A DNA stretch of 64,000 nucleotides, taken from the NCBI GenBank assembly GCA_964354755.1, contig CAYHBA010000001.1:320706-384705 (forward strand), read 5' to 3'. Both the position numbers and the translations under genes were made by a program. Position 1 is the stretch's first letter, and every line of letters begins with the position of its first letter. Origin of the DNA: an uncultured Thermoplasmata archaeon. GTDB taxonomy: Archaea > Thermoplasmatota > Thermoplasmata > SG8-5. The notes below the pieces were generated by a model. It ran no database searches and was not told where the DNA came from. It saw only the letters and a program-made list of their open reading frames with translations. Below are positions 1-9,923 of this stretch, piece after piece.

Positions 1-487
1 GATCAAGAATAACAACATTAACTTCTACACGCTGATCCTCGTCGAATGCATCTGTCGCATCCCCGAAGTAGGATGTGTGGCCGGTTGCGCTCCAGGCCTC
101 GGGAGTGTAAACCTTGAATGTCTTGCTGACCACCAGTTGACCTGTGTAATTCGCATAGAGAATGTAGTCACCTATCGCATAGGGGCCATAGTCAATCTCT
201 GAAATGATGCCAAAGCTGTTCGTGGTGCCTGAACCGGTGAATACAACCCCGATTCCAGCCAGACCGTAAATGGTCACATCAATCAGTGCTGACTGAAGGG
301 GGGCACCTGCGTCATACGCGGTAACCTCGAATCTTACGTAATCCCCGGTATCGAAATAGTCTTGCTCATGATAGTTCCAATCGGACAGAACGACCGTTCC
401 GCTGAAAGGTGCGGCCCTTGCTGCGGGGGCCATCACCATTGCGCTCGTCATCAGCAGGCACACTATCAAAATTGCTCTCCAGTTCAT
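1..487 (-). CDS. secreted protein, N-terminal part (gene runs off window start)
   Basis: Minus-strand ATG at 485-487 followed by signal-peptide-like MNWRAILIVCLLMTSAMVMAPAARA; frame open down to position 1; not in ORF track because truncated by the window edge. Confidence 0.45.
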   Translation of the reverse strand, partial: MNWRAILIVCLLMTSAMVMAPAARAAPFSGTVVLSDWNYHEQDYFDTGDYVRFEVTAYDAGAPLQSALIDVTIYGLAGIGVVFTGSGTTNSFGIISEIDYGPYAIGDYILYANYTGQLVVSKTFKVYTPEAWSATGHTSYFGDATDAFDEDQRVEVNVVILD

Positions 488-576
488 TTTATTACCTCAT
501 AATTATTCTAATCAATAAACGCTTTGACACTATATATTATTTTGGTGAAGGATTAAAAATATGCGGACGCCGGGAT

Positions 577-666
577 GCAAAAGATTGATCTCTGAGACGC
601 TAACCCAATCTTTTGCCAACGCCGAATTCATTTCTTGTGGAGTCTGTTCCAAATCATGAATTCGGC
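577..666. other. two adjacent perfect 11-bp stem-loops (gcaaaagattg/caatcttttgc and gccgaattcat/atgaattcggc)
   Basis: Read directly from the sequence; lies in a 480-nt region with no credible long ORF. Confidence 0.6.
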
Positions 667-964
667 TTGCTCGCAACATAGGCTGTGAATTTGCTGAGGT
701 CTATGTTGCTCGGCCAGCCGAATACGTATAATAATGTTATCAAAGTATTCGGCGTATCAAAACATATTCCAGCATATTTTTCTGTGAACGATAATAGGCG
801 ACGAGAAGAAAAAGATGCGGATGCCGGGAGTTTCGATGAACATACCAGGGGCTGTTCATTTCGAACCCGAGCAGCAAGCTTGGGAAGCTTGAATCCTAAC
901 CAGCTAGATTACATCCGCACAAGGGCTGGGCAGGGATGGATTCGGGATATTAATATTTCTGCGG

Positions 965-1708
965 CTACCACTTGCCCTTATTCTTGTCCTTCTTCATCTT
1001 CCAGCCCTTGGGGGCTTTGCCCATGACGACCTCTGGCTGTTGAACGGGAGACTGTGCCGGCTGGACAGCAGAATCGACGGCCTTGGGCATGTGCATATGA
1101 ATGCTGGGCAGTGTCACGGGGAAGAACGGGTGGTCCTTGCCCTCGGCCTCCATCTCCCTGCGGTGCTGGAGGGACATTATCCCACCCACATAACCGAATA
1201 CAACTGTCAGGACATACGGATACACGAAGAATTCGGCTGACCACAGGGCCTCGGCGAACTTGTGCAGGTAATCCGACATGAATGCAAGTGCCGGACCGAA
1301 GACAGGCAGATTCTCCGAGACAAAGTCCGCGCCCCGCCCAGGGAAGCCCAGGAACCAATCTATCTCGGACACGTGGCTCCCCATCGCCCTGAGGATGAAC
1401 AGAAGGAAAATGATGCTCATCGGTGCGAGCGCGGCGAGCGCGCCTTTCCACGGGACTCCGGCCTTCCTGCCTCCGACGTAACCGGCTATCATCTGCCCGA
1501 AGGGCGGGAACCAGAATAGCAGGAGCGAGAGAATCGATGTGTACCATACAGCGGACCAGAAGCTGTAAATTTTCTTCTCCTTCACGGCTTCGACAGTTTG
1601 GTCGTCGACAATGAACGGGTGCGGGGCATTGCCCATGCTGTAAACTCCGCCTGACTGGAGCCGCCTTGTGGTGCCATCCTGGCTGGCCAGCTTGTTTCTG
1701 CCGAACAT
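965..1708 (-). CDS. hypothetical polytopic membrane protein
   Basis: ORF track; several hydrophobic helices (e.g. ILSLLLFWFPPFGQMIAGYVGG, VLTVVFGYVGGIMSL); start uncertain. Confidence 0.5.
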   Translation of the reverse strand: MFGRNKLASQDGTTRRLQSGGVYSMGNAPHPFIVDDQTVEAVKEKKIYSFWSAVWYTSILSLLLFWFPPFGQMIAGYVGGRKAGVPWKGALAALAPMSIIFLLFILRAMGSHVSEIDWFLGFPGRGADFVSENLPVFGPALAFMSDYLHKFAEALWSAEFFVYPYVLTVVFGYVGGIMSLQHRREMEAEGKDHPFFPVTLPSIHMHMPKAVDSAVQPAQSPVQQPEVVMGKAPKGWKMKKDKNKGKW

Positions 1709-1758
1709 CCCATCCCGGTAATATATATGGACTGAAGTATAAAAAAGTTGTCAGCCGG

Positions 1759-3732
1759 TCACTTCATCTTCCTCATGACGAGCCAGCCCGCGATGCACGC
1801 AACTGCGAATATGATGATAATGACGATCGCTATCATGGTTCTGCCCGTACCCGGAGCGCTGGCTGTAGTGAAAGTGGCAACGTAGGGCGCCGCGAGGCCG
1901 TTGCTCCAGAGGTCGGTTGCTCCCGTGCCCACCGTAACCGTGTAAGGCTTCGAGTAATCCAGGCTGTCCGGGTGGAATGTCATGTTCCGGCCGTCCCAGG
2001 TGAAGGTCCCTGTCGCATTCCCTGAAATTGCGAACGCAGCTTCTGTCAGAGTATGGTTCATGGGTTCGCTGAACATTATTGTGATGTTGCTGTCAACCGG
2101 GAACGCCCTGTCCCCGTCCTCGAACGAAAGGCCGATAATCTCGGGGGGGAATATGTCTCCAAGGTCGGTGAAGGTGACCTGCTTGGTCTGCGACACATAG
2201 ATCCCTGTCAACGGATTCGGGTCGAAGTTGTAGCCTTCGGCAAATACCTGGATGTTCAGCGGGGAAAGGATGACACCGGCCTCGGACACAGTGCCGTCCT
2301 TGACAACCATAACTGGAGTGCTGCCCCCCTGGTCCGTTGTTACATTGTGCAGGACCAGCTGACTCTCCCGAACGACAACCCGCGCCCCTGCAATCGGGTC
2401 CCCGTAGTAATCCAGGACCCGGGCTCGCATGCCGTCGAAGGTCTGGAACAGGCAGTTGTATCCGCCGATGATTACTGAGTCAGGATCCACTGACCCGTTG
2501 AAAGCCGTGCCTGTGGCATTCTCGTCCAGGTATATCTGGGATTTCAACGAGTTGAAGAATTCGGAATTGTACACTGTGAAGCTGGAGTTGGTTGCAAAAA
2601 CCGAGTTCATCGTGTTGGAGACATTGCTGTTCCGCATCGTCACATTGCTGCAGTCGTAAAGCGTCACAGAACCCTGGGCCGTGAGCGTGCCATAATACCC
2701 TTTGGACCAGCCCGAGTCCATCTGCAGGCCGTCAATGGTGAAATCGCTCCTCCCGACATAGAAGCAATCGGTCACCTCGATGCCGTTCACCGTGTTGTTG
2801 ACCATGTTGGCCAGAATATGCCTTGATTCATAGTCTATGTCCATGCCGACATGGTTGTAGACCAGCCTGTTGTTCATGATGGTGGCGTTGGAATGTATGA
2901 ACCTTGTGCCGTTGCCGCCGCATACCCTTATCGTGTTCCCATCAATGATAGGCGCAGCGTAGAATCCGTGAATCCCGTCCCTGCACTGATATATGTCGTT
3001 ATGGGCTATGGTCGAGTTGCCCCAGCCTATTATGCCGATCCAGCATGTTTCAATCTTATTGTTGACAACATAAGCCACATCGTAGCAGACTATTCCGTAA
3101 TAGCATGTCAGTATGCGGTTGCCGTCGACTACCGGGGTGGATTTATTGTCGCAGACTATGCCGACCCAGGTGGTGAAATTCACATAATTGGCTCTCACAA
3201 CGGGGGAGCAGTTCATCCCGCACCGAACGCCGTAGTAAAAGGTGAACTCGATGGATGAATTCGTCAGAGTCAGGTCCGAGCCCCAGCATCCTATGCCGAC
3301 CTCCGAGTAACTGATTGCCGCATTGTCAAATATGCATGGCCCGGTGCAGTTCTCCAGGGTGATGCCCTCCCAGTCCATGGTGGCCGGCGTGTCCGAGAAC
3401 GGCTTGAAGGATATTGTCTGGTACGGCGAGCCGTCAGCCGTGATGTTGCCCTTCACATGCAGGCTTGCGCCGAGCTCGAACTTCACGGTCACGCCCGGCA
3501 CTATGGTCAGCGTGACATTCTCCGCGACCCAGATGTCCTTTGCGACGTAGATGAACGGATATGTCAGCGCATTCCATTCCGTGTCAGCAGTGATATTATC
3601 AGAAACAATGAGGCCGCCTATGGCAGCCCTGGTCCCCGGAGAATCAGTATTTAGGCCCTGATGGCAGTGACAGTACAGCGCGCTGCCCAGCAATGCGAAT
3701 ATGACTATGACACATGCGATTATCCGGTTCAT
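1759..3732 (-). CDS. cell-surface protein with right-handed parallel beta-helix (PbH1/NosD-like) repeats, N-terminal signal peptide and C-terminal TM anchor
   Basis: Signal peptide MNRIIACVIVIFALLGSALY; repeated N-x-[ST] sequons; beta-helix repeat motifs (NNTVNGIEV, NNKIETCWIGIIGWGNSTIAHNDI...); C-terminal IAIVIIIIFAVACIAGWLVMRKMK. Confidence 0.7.
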   Translation of the reverse strand: MNRIIACVIVIFALLGSALYCHCHQGLNTDSPGTRAAIGGLIVSDNITADTEWNALTYPFIYVAKDIWVAENVTLTIVPGVTVKFELGASLHVKGNITADGSPYQTISFKPFSDTPATMDWEGITLENCTGPCIFDNAAISYSEVGIGCWGSDLTLTNSSIEFTFYYGVRCGMNCSPVVRANYVNFTTWVGIVCDNKSTPVVDGNRILTCYYGIVCYDVAYVVNNKIETCWIGIIGWGNSTIAHNDIYQCRDGIHGFYAAPIIDGNTIRVCGGNGTRFIHSNATIMNNRLVYNHVGMDIDYESRHILANMVNNTVNGIEVTDCFYVGRSDFTIDGLQMDSGWSKGYYGTLTAQGSVTLYDCSNVTMRNSNVSNTMNSVFATNSSFTVYNSEFFNSLKSQIYLDENATGTAFNGSVDPDSVIIGGYNCLFQTFDGMRARVLDYYGDPIAGARVVVRESQLVLHNVTTDQGGSTPVMVVKDGTVSEAGVILSPLNIQVFAEGYNFDPNPLTGIYVSQTKQVTFTDLGDIFPPEIIGLSFEDGDRAFPVDSNITIMFSEPMNHTLTEAAFAISGNATGTFTWDGRNMTFHPDSLDYSKPYTVTVGTGATDLWSNGLAAPYVATFTTASAPGTGRTMIAIVIIIIFAVACIAGWLVMRKMK

Positions 3733-3753
3733 GGGACCGCCAGCGTAGCTGAA

Positions 3754-4311
3754 TTAATGCAGGAGCCCGGCCGCGCGCAGCTCCTTCTTGAGAGTCTCGA
3801 CGCCTGTCTCGATGTCGTCCACCTTCTTGGCGCCGGTGCATACGACCTTGCCGGAGCCGAAAAGCAGCATGACAACCTTGGGGTCGGCCACCCTGTACAC
3901 CAGACCGGGGAACTGCTCAGGCTCGTACTCGACCCTCTCGAGGCCGAGCGTTATCGCGATGGCGTTGAGGTTGAGGTCGTTCTTGAGGTCGTAAACAGCG
4001 ACAATGTTCTGAACAGTGATGACAGGTTCCTTGATTACCGGAAGCCCGGCTTTCTCAAGCTTCTTGCTCACGGTTTTAATCGTCTTCTTGACGCTCTCGA
4101 TTGTCTTGGCACCTGTGCAGTTGGCCTTCCCGCTCCTGAAGAGCAGGATTGCCGTCCTCTCCTCTTTCAGCCTGTAAACCAGACCGGGGAACTGCTCTGG
4201 CTCGTATTCCGCGCCGTCCAGGGCAAGTGCCACCTGGTTGAGGTCAAGTTTCTCCGCAAGAGTGGTCGATGCAACGATATTCTCAATGCTGATTTTCTGT
4301 TTCTCGGACAT
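3754..4311 (-). CDS. tbp: TATA-box binding protein
   Basis: Two direct repeats, each containing EYEPEQFPGLVYR, diagnostic of TBP; ORF track start is 4326 (MGACK), but MSEKQK at 4311 gives a conventional N-terminus. Confidence 0.9.
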   Translation of the reverse strand: MSEKQKISIENIVASTTLAEKLDLNQVALALDGAEYEPEQFPGLVYRLKEERTAILLFRSGKANCTGAKTIESVKKTIKTVSKKLEKAGLPVIKEPVITVQNIVAVYDLKNDLNLNAIAITLGLERVEYEPEQFPGLVYRVADPKVVMLLFGSGKVVCTGAKKVDDIETGVETLKKELRAAGLLH

Positions 4312-4351
4312 TTTACACGCCCCCAAGTTGTATGCATTTTCAATCTTAGAT

Positions 4352-4371
4352 GTATAAATACTATATAAAGA
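4352..4371 (-). promoter_or_regulatory. TATA-box region upstream of tbp
   Basis: Minus-strand tttatatagtatttatacatc lies 20-45 nt upstream of the tbp start codons. Confidence 0.45.
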
Positions 4372-4379
4372 CTATTGGA

Positions 4380-4712
4380 GATAATCTGTGCTCGGAGAGC
4401 TGCATTCGCGGGCATCCGACCGACCGCGCCATGCCCCGCCTGTTTTTAGCGGTATCCAAAGTCCTGCGGGACATTTGGAACGGGAGGGCGGGGTTGTACC
4501 ACCCGGTTGTCTGAATCGAGTGGGTTGACAAAACTAATATCCAAAATCCCTTAAAACCTTGGCTGTACGAGCATTGTAGCTCCATGGCAACTTATTAACA
4601 TCAATGCGAGTGAGACGAATGGCTTGCCATTCGTTGCAAGGGCAGGGATGTGAGGCCCCACAAACGCTCACCGTGGCCTCCGATGTATGAGCTCTTGTAA
4701 GGGGACGATTCT
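4380..4712. repeat. structured non-coding element A (candidate ncRNA; shares motifs with elements at 39336 and 55678)
   Basis: 333 nt with no ORF; contains catgccccgcctgt and ggagggcgggg motifs also found in element B; several strong hairpins (acgaatgg-cttg-ccattcgt; gaggcc...ggcctc). Confidence 0.4.
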
Positions 4713-4713
4713 C

Positions 4714-5268
4714 TCATCCTAATGATACCGCCGCCACATCCGAGTACACCGGCCTCTGGGGCGTCAGCACGCTCTTCTTCAGGATGATGCGGTCGACACT
4801 GACTTCGCCGAACTCGCCCGGCTCCCACTCCCGGACTACCTGGGCCAGCTCTCGGATGTTGCGCCCGTCCTTGATTCTACCGATGGTGATGTGGGGAGAG
4901 AATTTCCTTTTCTCGGGCTCGAAGCCCAGGGGCTTCAGGCCGTCGTCGATTTTCCCCGCAATGATGCCCAAGGGTTCCGCCCCCTCCAACCCGGCCCAGA
5001 CAACCGATATCCTGTTGAGGTTGGGAAAGGCTCCCGAGCCTTTCATCTTCATCTGAAATGGGGGTATGCCGACTGCTGCGGACTTCATGATTTTCTCGAT
5101 CTCCGGAATCAGTGATTCATCAGTGTCTCCCAGGAACTTCAGCGTGACATGGATGTTATGCAAATCCACCAATTTAACGGTCGCGCCAGAAGCTTTCACA
5201 GCCTTGGTATATTTCTCCAATTCGGCCGAGAAAGGCACTTCCACAGCGATGAATGCCCTGAAGGTCAC
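4714..5268 (-). CDS. thpR: RNA 2',3'-cyclic phosphodiesterase (2H/LigT family)
   Basis: Two H-x-[TS]-x motifs (HVTLKF, HITIGR) in a ~180-aa protein. Confidence 0.8.
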   Translation of the reverse strand: MTFRAFIAVEVPFSAELEKYTKAVKASGATVKLVDLHNIHVTLKFLGDTDESLIPEIEKIMKSAAVGIPPFQMKMKGSGAFPNLNRISVVWAGLEGAEPLGIIAGKIDDGLKPLGFEPEKRKFSPHITIGRIKDGRNIRELAQVVREWEPGEFGEVSVDRIILKKSVLTPQRPVYSDVAAVSLG

Positions 5269-5948
5269 TTACTCACCGTAGTGCCGTTGAAGGGCTTTCC
5301 CAATATTGCCTTCTCCAGCTCGGCAAGGTCCCTGCCCTGCACCACCAAGGTCCTGATGCCCGACCTTGCTACAATCTTGGCGCCCATCGGGTCGAATACC
5401 ACGTTCGGGCCTGCTCCCGGCTCCACTTTCATGCATATCTCCAGGAGCTTTGTGAATGTTATGGCTTTCAGCCGCTTGGCCTTCGGGTCCTTCCTCGGGT
5501 CCGATGTATAGACACCGTCAACCGATGTGGCATTGACCAACCGGACTGCGCTGGCTCTCTCCCCCAGCATCGCGGCCACGGCGTCGGTCGTGTGTCCGGG
5601 ATGGGTGCCTCCCATAACCACTATCGAATGATCTTTGGCGGCCGAAAGGGCTTCGTCGAATGTCTCGGCCGGTATGTGGTAGGCCGAATCCCCGAGCGCG
5701 GTTATCAACATCCTGGCATTCAGCCTTGTCACTTCAATGCCGATGTCATCGAGATAGGATTCATCGGCTCCCAGACTCCTTCCCAGCTTAATGTAGTATC
5801 GGGCTATGCGGCCGCCGCCCACGACGATGAATAATTTCACTTTCCCGGAGACGCGGTTCAGCATCCTGGCCAGCTTGACGATGAAGCCTTTGTCGTCATC
5901 GTCCGGGACGAGAATCGAGCCGCCGATTGAGACTACAACTGTGTCCAT
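5265..5948 (-). CDS. pyrH: UMP kinase (archaeal-type amino-acid-kinase fold)
   Basis: VVSIGGS...FIVVGGG...MGGTHPG... motifs of the uridylate kinase family. Confidence 0.8.
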   Translation of the reverse strand: MDTVVVSIGGSILVPDDDDKGFIVKLARMLNRVSGKVKLFIVVGGGRIARYYIKLGRSLGADESYLDDIGIEVTRLNARMLITALGDSAYHIPAETFDEALSAAKDHSIVVMGGTHPGHTTDAVAAMLGERASAVRLVNATSVDGVYTSDPRKDPKAKRLKAITFTKLLEICMKVEPGAGPNVVFDPMGAKIVARSGIRTLVVQGRDLAELEKAILGKPFNGTTVSK

Positions 5949-6006
5949 GCTATCGATGGGGAATCAGCAGAACCATATTTGATGGTTGCGTAGAAAAAAG
6001 CTATCG

Positions 6007-7587
6007 CTATTCGCCGCCGAAGAAGCCCCTTAGAACGGGGTGCATCTCCATCATCTGCTCGCGGCCCATAGCCTCGTACATCTGTATCATGATGCCCACG
6101 GACAGCAGGACTCCCGTGCCGCTTGAATTTCCCACGGTCCCCAGCATGTCTGCGAATGCGGCCAGGCCGCCCACGATTGCGCCGCTCAATACCGTTACCA
6201 CTGGAACATAGCGTTCAAGCACTTTTTCGAGCACCCTCGGATCGCGCCTGAAACCGGGTATCTGCATGCCGCTGTCCTGTATCTGCTCAGCGACGGCTTT
6301 CGGGCCCATGTTGGTCGTGTCAATCCAGAACTTGGCGAACATCACCGAGCCGACAATCATCACTGACAGGTACAGGAATAACCTGGCCATCACCTGGAAC
6401 ATTGTTTTCTGCACGCCTTCGGTGTAATAAGGCAGATAGCGCGAGTCGAAAATCGGCAGCAGCCAGTCCTGGAGACCATTGATGCTTGACACATACCACG
6501 CGGCACCTCCGGTAAGCTGGGGGGTTGTGCGGGCTCCGATTTCTGCATAATGGCCTAGCATGGCATTGTGCCCGAGGAACGGGACAGTGGAAAAGAAGGA
6601 GTTGGACCAGAAAAGCATTGCGAACATTCCCACGTTTGCCAGCACAGCGGCTATCAGGATGACAGGGATATTTGATGCATAAATCAACTTGATGGGGTAA
6701 CGGCCCCTGGCCCCTCTGGCGCTCTCATGCGACAGGGGCAGTTCGATGCGCACGGATTCTATGTAAGCGACAAAGAAGAATATGGTCAGTGTCCCGACCA
6801 GCGCGACAATGGGATTGGGCTGTTCGATCAGCACGCGCTGGAAATAACCGCCAGACATATTGCTGGAGGATACATGCGTGAAATAGTACACTGTTTTCAT
6901 GAGGGTGCCGGCCGGCGGATTGCTCACGCTTGTGGGCAGGGAACTGTCCACAGGCATCCAATTCAGCGTTCCTGTGAACATCTGCTGCGCCACGCCGGCT
7001 GCGATGAAGAGGGATATGCCGCTTCCGATGCCCCATTTGGACACTGTCTCGTCCATGAGGAACACCAGGTAGCTTCCGAAACATAATTGGCCTATGACGA
7101 GGAGTTTGGCCCAGTCCGATCCGATGTTGGTCTCGAGCGAGCTCGACGGTATCAGATAACCGTAGACCTGGGGAACGGCCTCCACGATTATCATGATTAT
7201 GACGAGGAATTTCTGGACACCCTGGTAGACTTGTTTGTCCTCATCGTCCTTGAGGTCCAACTTGATTATCTTGGCGCCCACGAAGAGCTGCATTATGATG
7301 GACCCAGTGACGATCGGGCCTATGCCCAGATGCATTAGCGAGCCCTGGGCGCCGGCCATGATGGCCCTGTAGCTCTCGAACAGGTCTATTGTCTGCTCCT
7401 GGTCAAGGCCGTATATCATGACGTTTGTCAGTACAAAATAGAGTATGAGAATCAGGACAAGCCAGAACATCTTCGTCTTGAAGTGGACATGGCCGTCAGG
7501 CTTCTTGATGGAGGGAAGCCTCTCGTAAATCGGCTTCAGTTTGTAAAGCAGACTCTTCGGCTCTTCATCCTCAGTCATGGACATCAC
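6007..7587 (-). CDS. secY: preprotein translocase subunit SecY / Sec61-alpha
   Basis: 526-aa 10-TM protein in the canonical position after L15. Confidence 0.95.
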   Translation of the reverse strand: MMSMTEDEEPKSLLYKLKPIYERLPSIKKPDGHVHFKTKMFWLVLILILYFVLTNVMIYGLDQEQTIDLFESYRAIMAGAQGSLMHLGIGPIVTGSIIMQLFVGAKIIKLDLKDDEDKQVYQGVQKFLVIIMIIVEAVPQVYGYLIPSSSLETNIGSDWAKLLVIGQLCFGSYLVFLMDETVSKWGIGSGISLFIAAGVAQQMFTGTLNWMPVDSSLPTSVSNPPAGTLMKTVYYFTHVSSSNMSGGYFQRVLIEQPNPIVALVGTLTIFFFVAYIESVRIELPLSHESARGARGRYPIKLIYASNIPVILIAAVLANVGMFAMLFWSNSFFSTVPFLGHNAMLGHYAEIGARTTPQLTGGAAWYVSSINGLQDWLLPIFDSRYLPYYTEGVQKTMFQVMARLFLYLSVMIVGSVMFAKFWIDTTNMGPKAVAEQIQDSGMQIPGFRRDPRVLEKVLERYVPVVTVLSGAIVGGLAAFADMLGTVGNSSGTGVLLSVGIMIQMYEAMGREQMMEMHPVLRGFFGGE

Positions 7588-8021
7588 TCATTTTTCTGTG
7601 CGGGAGTCTCGACCTTGCCCCCTGCGGCTTCGACCTTCTGCCGGGCAATGGCAGTGGCCTCGGCAACCCTGATTGTGAGGGGCGTTTTAATGCTTCCGCC
7701 ACCCAGCAGCTTGTTGTACTTGGAATTTGTGAGGTCAATAACCATGCCCTTCTCGGCTTTCTTGGCAAGGCCGTATTCGATCAGCTTCGGAAGCTCGGTC
7801 TGGAGGCTTCCGACATTGATGGTGACCACGTCCTTCTTTGGTGCATGGCGCTTGAATCCGTGCCTTCCGAAATGGTAAGGGTCGTACTTGACCGTGTAAA
7901 GGTACTTGTGCTTGTGCAGCCCGGCGTTTCCCTTGCCGCCCCTGAGACCTGCGCCCCTTCCTGCCTTTTTTCCGCGGCCATGCGTCCTGCGGCCCCTGTA
8001 TTTCTCTGTCCTGTGCCTCAT
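7584..8021 (-). CDS. rpl15: 50S ribosomal protein L15 (uL15)
   Basis: Basic Gly-rich N-terminus (GRGKKAGRGAGLRGGKGNAG); operon position. Confidence 0.9.
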   Translation of the reverse strand: MRHRTEKYRGRRTHGRGKKAGRGAGLRGGKGNAGLHKHKYLYTVKYDPYHFGRHGFKRHAPKKDVVTINVGSLQTELPKLIEYGLAKKAEKGMVIDLTNSKYNKLLGGGSIKTPLTIRVAEATAIARQKVEAAGGKVETPAQKNE

Positions 8022-8821
8022 TTGGGAGCCTCCTTCTTTGCCGGGGCCTTCTTGGCTGTCGGTTTGGCCTCCTTTCCCGGAGCGGTCGCTGCATCAGCCG
8101 GCTTGGCTGAGGCGGCCGTTGCCTTGGCTGGCTTCGCCGGGACAGGCCCTGCTTTGGTCGGTTTGGCTGGAGCAGGCCCCACCTTGTCTGATTTGGCCGG
8201 GGCAGGCTCGGTCTTGGTGGCTTTGACCTTGGGAGCTGGGGCTTTGGTTTGCTTGGTCTTGATGGCCTCAGCCTTGACTGCCTGTTTCTTGGCTACGGGG
8301 GCTTTAGGCTCAGCCTTCGGCTTTGCAGGTTCCGGCTTGGCCTTTTCCTTGGGCACGTCCAGCATTCTGAGGATAAGGTCATTTATCGCCTCCCCGCGGT
8401 ACCCGAGGGAACCGTGGTCATTGAACGACCGCTTCACTGACTTGAAGCCCCTGTGCGGCGGGTGAAGCCTGAAAATTGGCTTCACATCCTTCAATGCAGT
8501 GTATTTGACATTGCCGCCAGCCACTGCCTCGGCGAACTTCATCAGGGATTCGTGCTTTGTGTTCTCCTTGATATACTGGTTGGTTACCGGCCTGTCCCCT
8601 GACAGCCTGCCGCGCCTGAGTATCATGTTTGTCAGGACCTCGGACTTTATCTCGCCCCAGGTGATGTAATCCTTGGCTTTCTGCAGCATGCCGTCGTAGG
8701 ATTTTCCGTCCGGAACGAGCACGCAATGGTTCACCCTGGTCAGCCTGAGCGACTTCAGTGTCAGTTTGACATCATGTATGGCGTTTATGTCGCTCCTTAT
8801 ACGTATCGCGGCGCGCGTCAT
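8018..8821 (-). CDS. rpl30: 50S ribosomal protein L30 (uL30) with ~110-aa Ala/Lys/Pro-rich C-terminal extension
   Basis: N-terminal 155 aa match archaeal L30; tail [18 protein letters not shown]...KKEAPK. Confidence 0.85.
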   Translation of the reverse strand: MTRAAIRIRSDINAIHDVKLTLKSLRLTRVNHCVLVPDGKSYDGMLQKAKDYITWGEIKSEVLTNMILRRGRLSGDRPVTNQYIKENTKHESLMKFAEAVAGGNVKYTALKDVKPIFRLHPPHRGFKSVKRSFNDHGSLGYRGEAINDLILRMLDVPKEKAKPEPAKPKAEPKAPVAKKQAVKAEAIKTKQTKAPAPKVKATKTEPAPAKSDKVGPAPAKPTKAGPVPAKPAKATAASAKPADAATAPGKEAKPTAKKAPAKKEAPK

Positions 8822-9921
8822 TTTGCATCACCTTCCTTTTTTTCCTCCGCGGGAGGAGCCTCATCCTTGGCCGCGTCCCCCTCGGGGGCTGGTTCGGATG
8901 CGAGCGGGTCGACACCCGGCGCTTCGATAATCAGCTCCAGCTTCTTCTTGCCGGACTTTAATTTCCTGGCCGCGGTCTCCTCGTCCGCCAGCTCCTTCTC
9001 TCGTATCTCGATCTCCCTGGCCTTGGCCTTCTTCTCCTCGATTATCCTGGCCATCTCCTCCGGGGACGTGTCCAGGGAGACTTGGTTCAAGGGCCCGGTG
9101 AGTATATGAAGATTCTTGGCCTGGGTCGCCGTCACCTTCATTCTTGATGTTTTCTTGAGCGCCTCGAATACGGCGACGCTGTAATTGACAGTTGTCTTGG
9201 TGTGCCCCTTTGTGAGGCCCCAGGAATCCTTTATCCCTGCCATTGTGACGACTTTCTTGGCTATGTCCCCGAGTGCGAGCCCGACGCCCCTGGGCGCTGG
9301 CTTCAGCGTGACAATCACAGAGCCGCATTTTCCGTCGACCGCGAACGGTACTGTGTGCGGGGTCCCGCAGCCGCATTCCCATGAACCGCAGCCGCGTTTC
9401 ACCTCAATCATGTTGAGTTTGGCCTTGTCGATGGCATTCCGTATCGCCGGACCGACCTCCTTGCCCTTGGCCCGGCCCATTCCGACGAAGCCGTCGCCGT
9501 TGCCCACGACGGCCGTGATGGCGAACCTGACCCTGCGTCCCGAGTCGGTCATCCTCTGGACCATGTTGACGTCCAGGACCTCGTCCATGAGCTCGGGAAG
9601 AAGTATATCCACTATCTCCGGCTCCTTGATGGGGAGCCTTGTGGCAAGCGCGTCGCTCATCGTCGTTATCTTGCCTGAATAAACCAGCTTTCCAAGCTTG
9701 GTCTTCGGAACCCATGCAGCGCTCGACTTCGAGTCGTCCGGGCGCCTTTCCCTGCGTCCGCCCCCGGGTCCACCTGAAGAACCGCCCCTGGGCCCGCCTC
9801 TCGGACCTCCTGGCCCCCTCTGGCCGCCGCGGGGTGCGCCCCTCGGACCGCTCCTTGGGCCCGGCGGTCCCCTTCTGGGTCTGTCAGACGGTCCGTTTCT
9901 CTGTGGTTGCTCGTCAGCCAT
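8818..9921 (-). CDS. rps5: 30S ribosomal protein S5 (uS5) with RGG/PRG-rich N-terminal and acidic/Lys-rich C-terminal extensions
   Basis: Core S5 motifs ([22 protein letters not shown]...); 367 aa versus about 210-240 aa typical. Confidence 0.9.
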   Translation of the reverse strand: MADEQPQRNGPSDRPRRGPPGPRSGPRGAPRGGQRGPGGPRGGPRGGSSGGPGGGRRERRPDDSKSSAAWVPKTKLGKLVYSGKITTMSDALATRLPIKEPEIVDILLPELMDEVLDVNMVQRMTDSGRRVRFAITAVVGNGDGFVGMGRAKGKEVGPAIRNAIDKAKLNMIEVKRGCGSWECGCGTPHTVPFAVDGKCGSVIVTLKPAPRGVGLALGDIAKKVVTMAGIKDSWGLTKGHTKTTVNYSVAVFEALKKTSRMKVTATQAKNLHILTGPLNQVSLDTSPEEMARIIEEKKAKAREIEIREKELADEETAARKLKSGKKKLELIIEAPGVDPLASEPAPEGDAAKDEAPPAEEKKEGDAK

Positions 9922-9923
9922 GT

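Noticed and set aside
817-919. tRNA-like pairing gcggatg...catccgc with an internal ttcgaaccc
   Set aside because: The spacing is ~100 nt and the putative T-loop is not adjacent to the 3' acceptor strand. No cloverleaf can be drawn without an unusually placed intron.
685-1026. 113-aa plus-strand ORF
   Set aside because: Composition is not protein-like, it overlaps the minus-strand membrane-protein gene, and it lies in the hairpin-rich spacer. Likely non-coding.
4380-4712. Possible RNase P RNA or SRP RNA in the tbp-upstream region
   Set aside because: A CR-I-like caaagtcctgcggg and a CR-V-like cccggtt are only 30 nt apart instead of ~250 nt. No SRP helix-8 motif was recognised.
7845-8465. 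206-aa Ala/Gly-rich plus-strand ORF
   Set aside because: It is antisense to the low-complexity tail of rpl30/rpl15, a compositional artefact.
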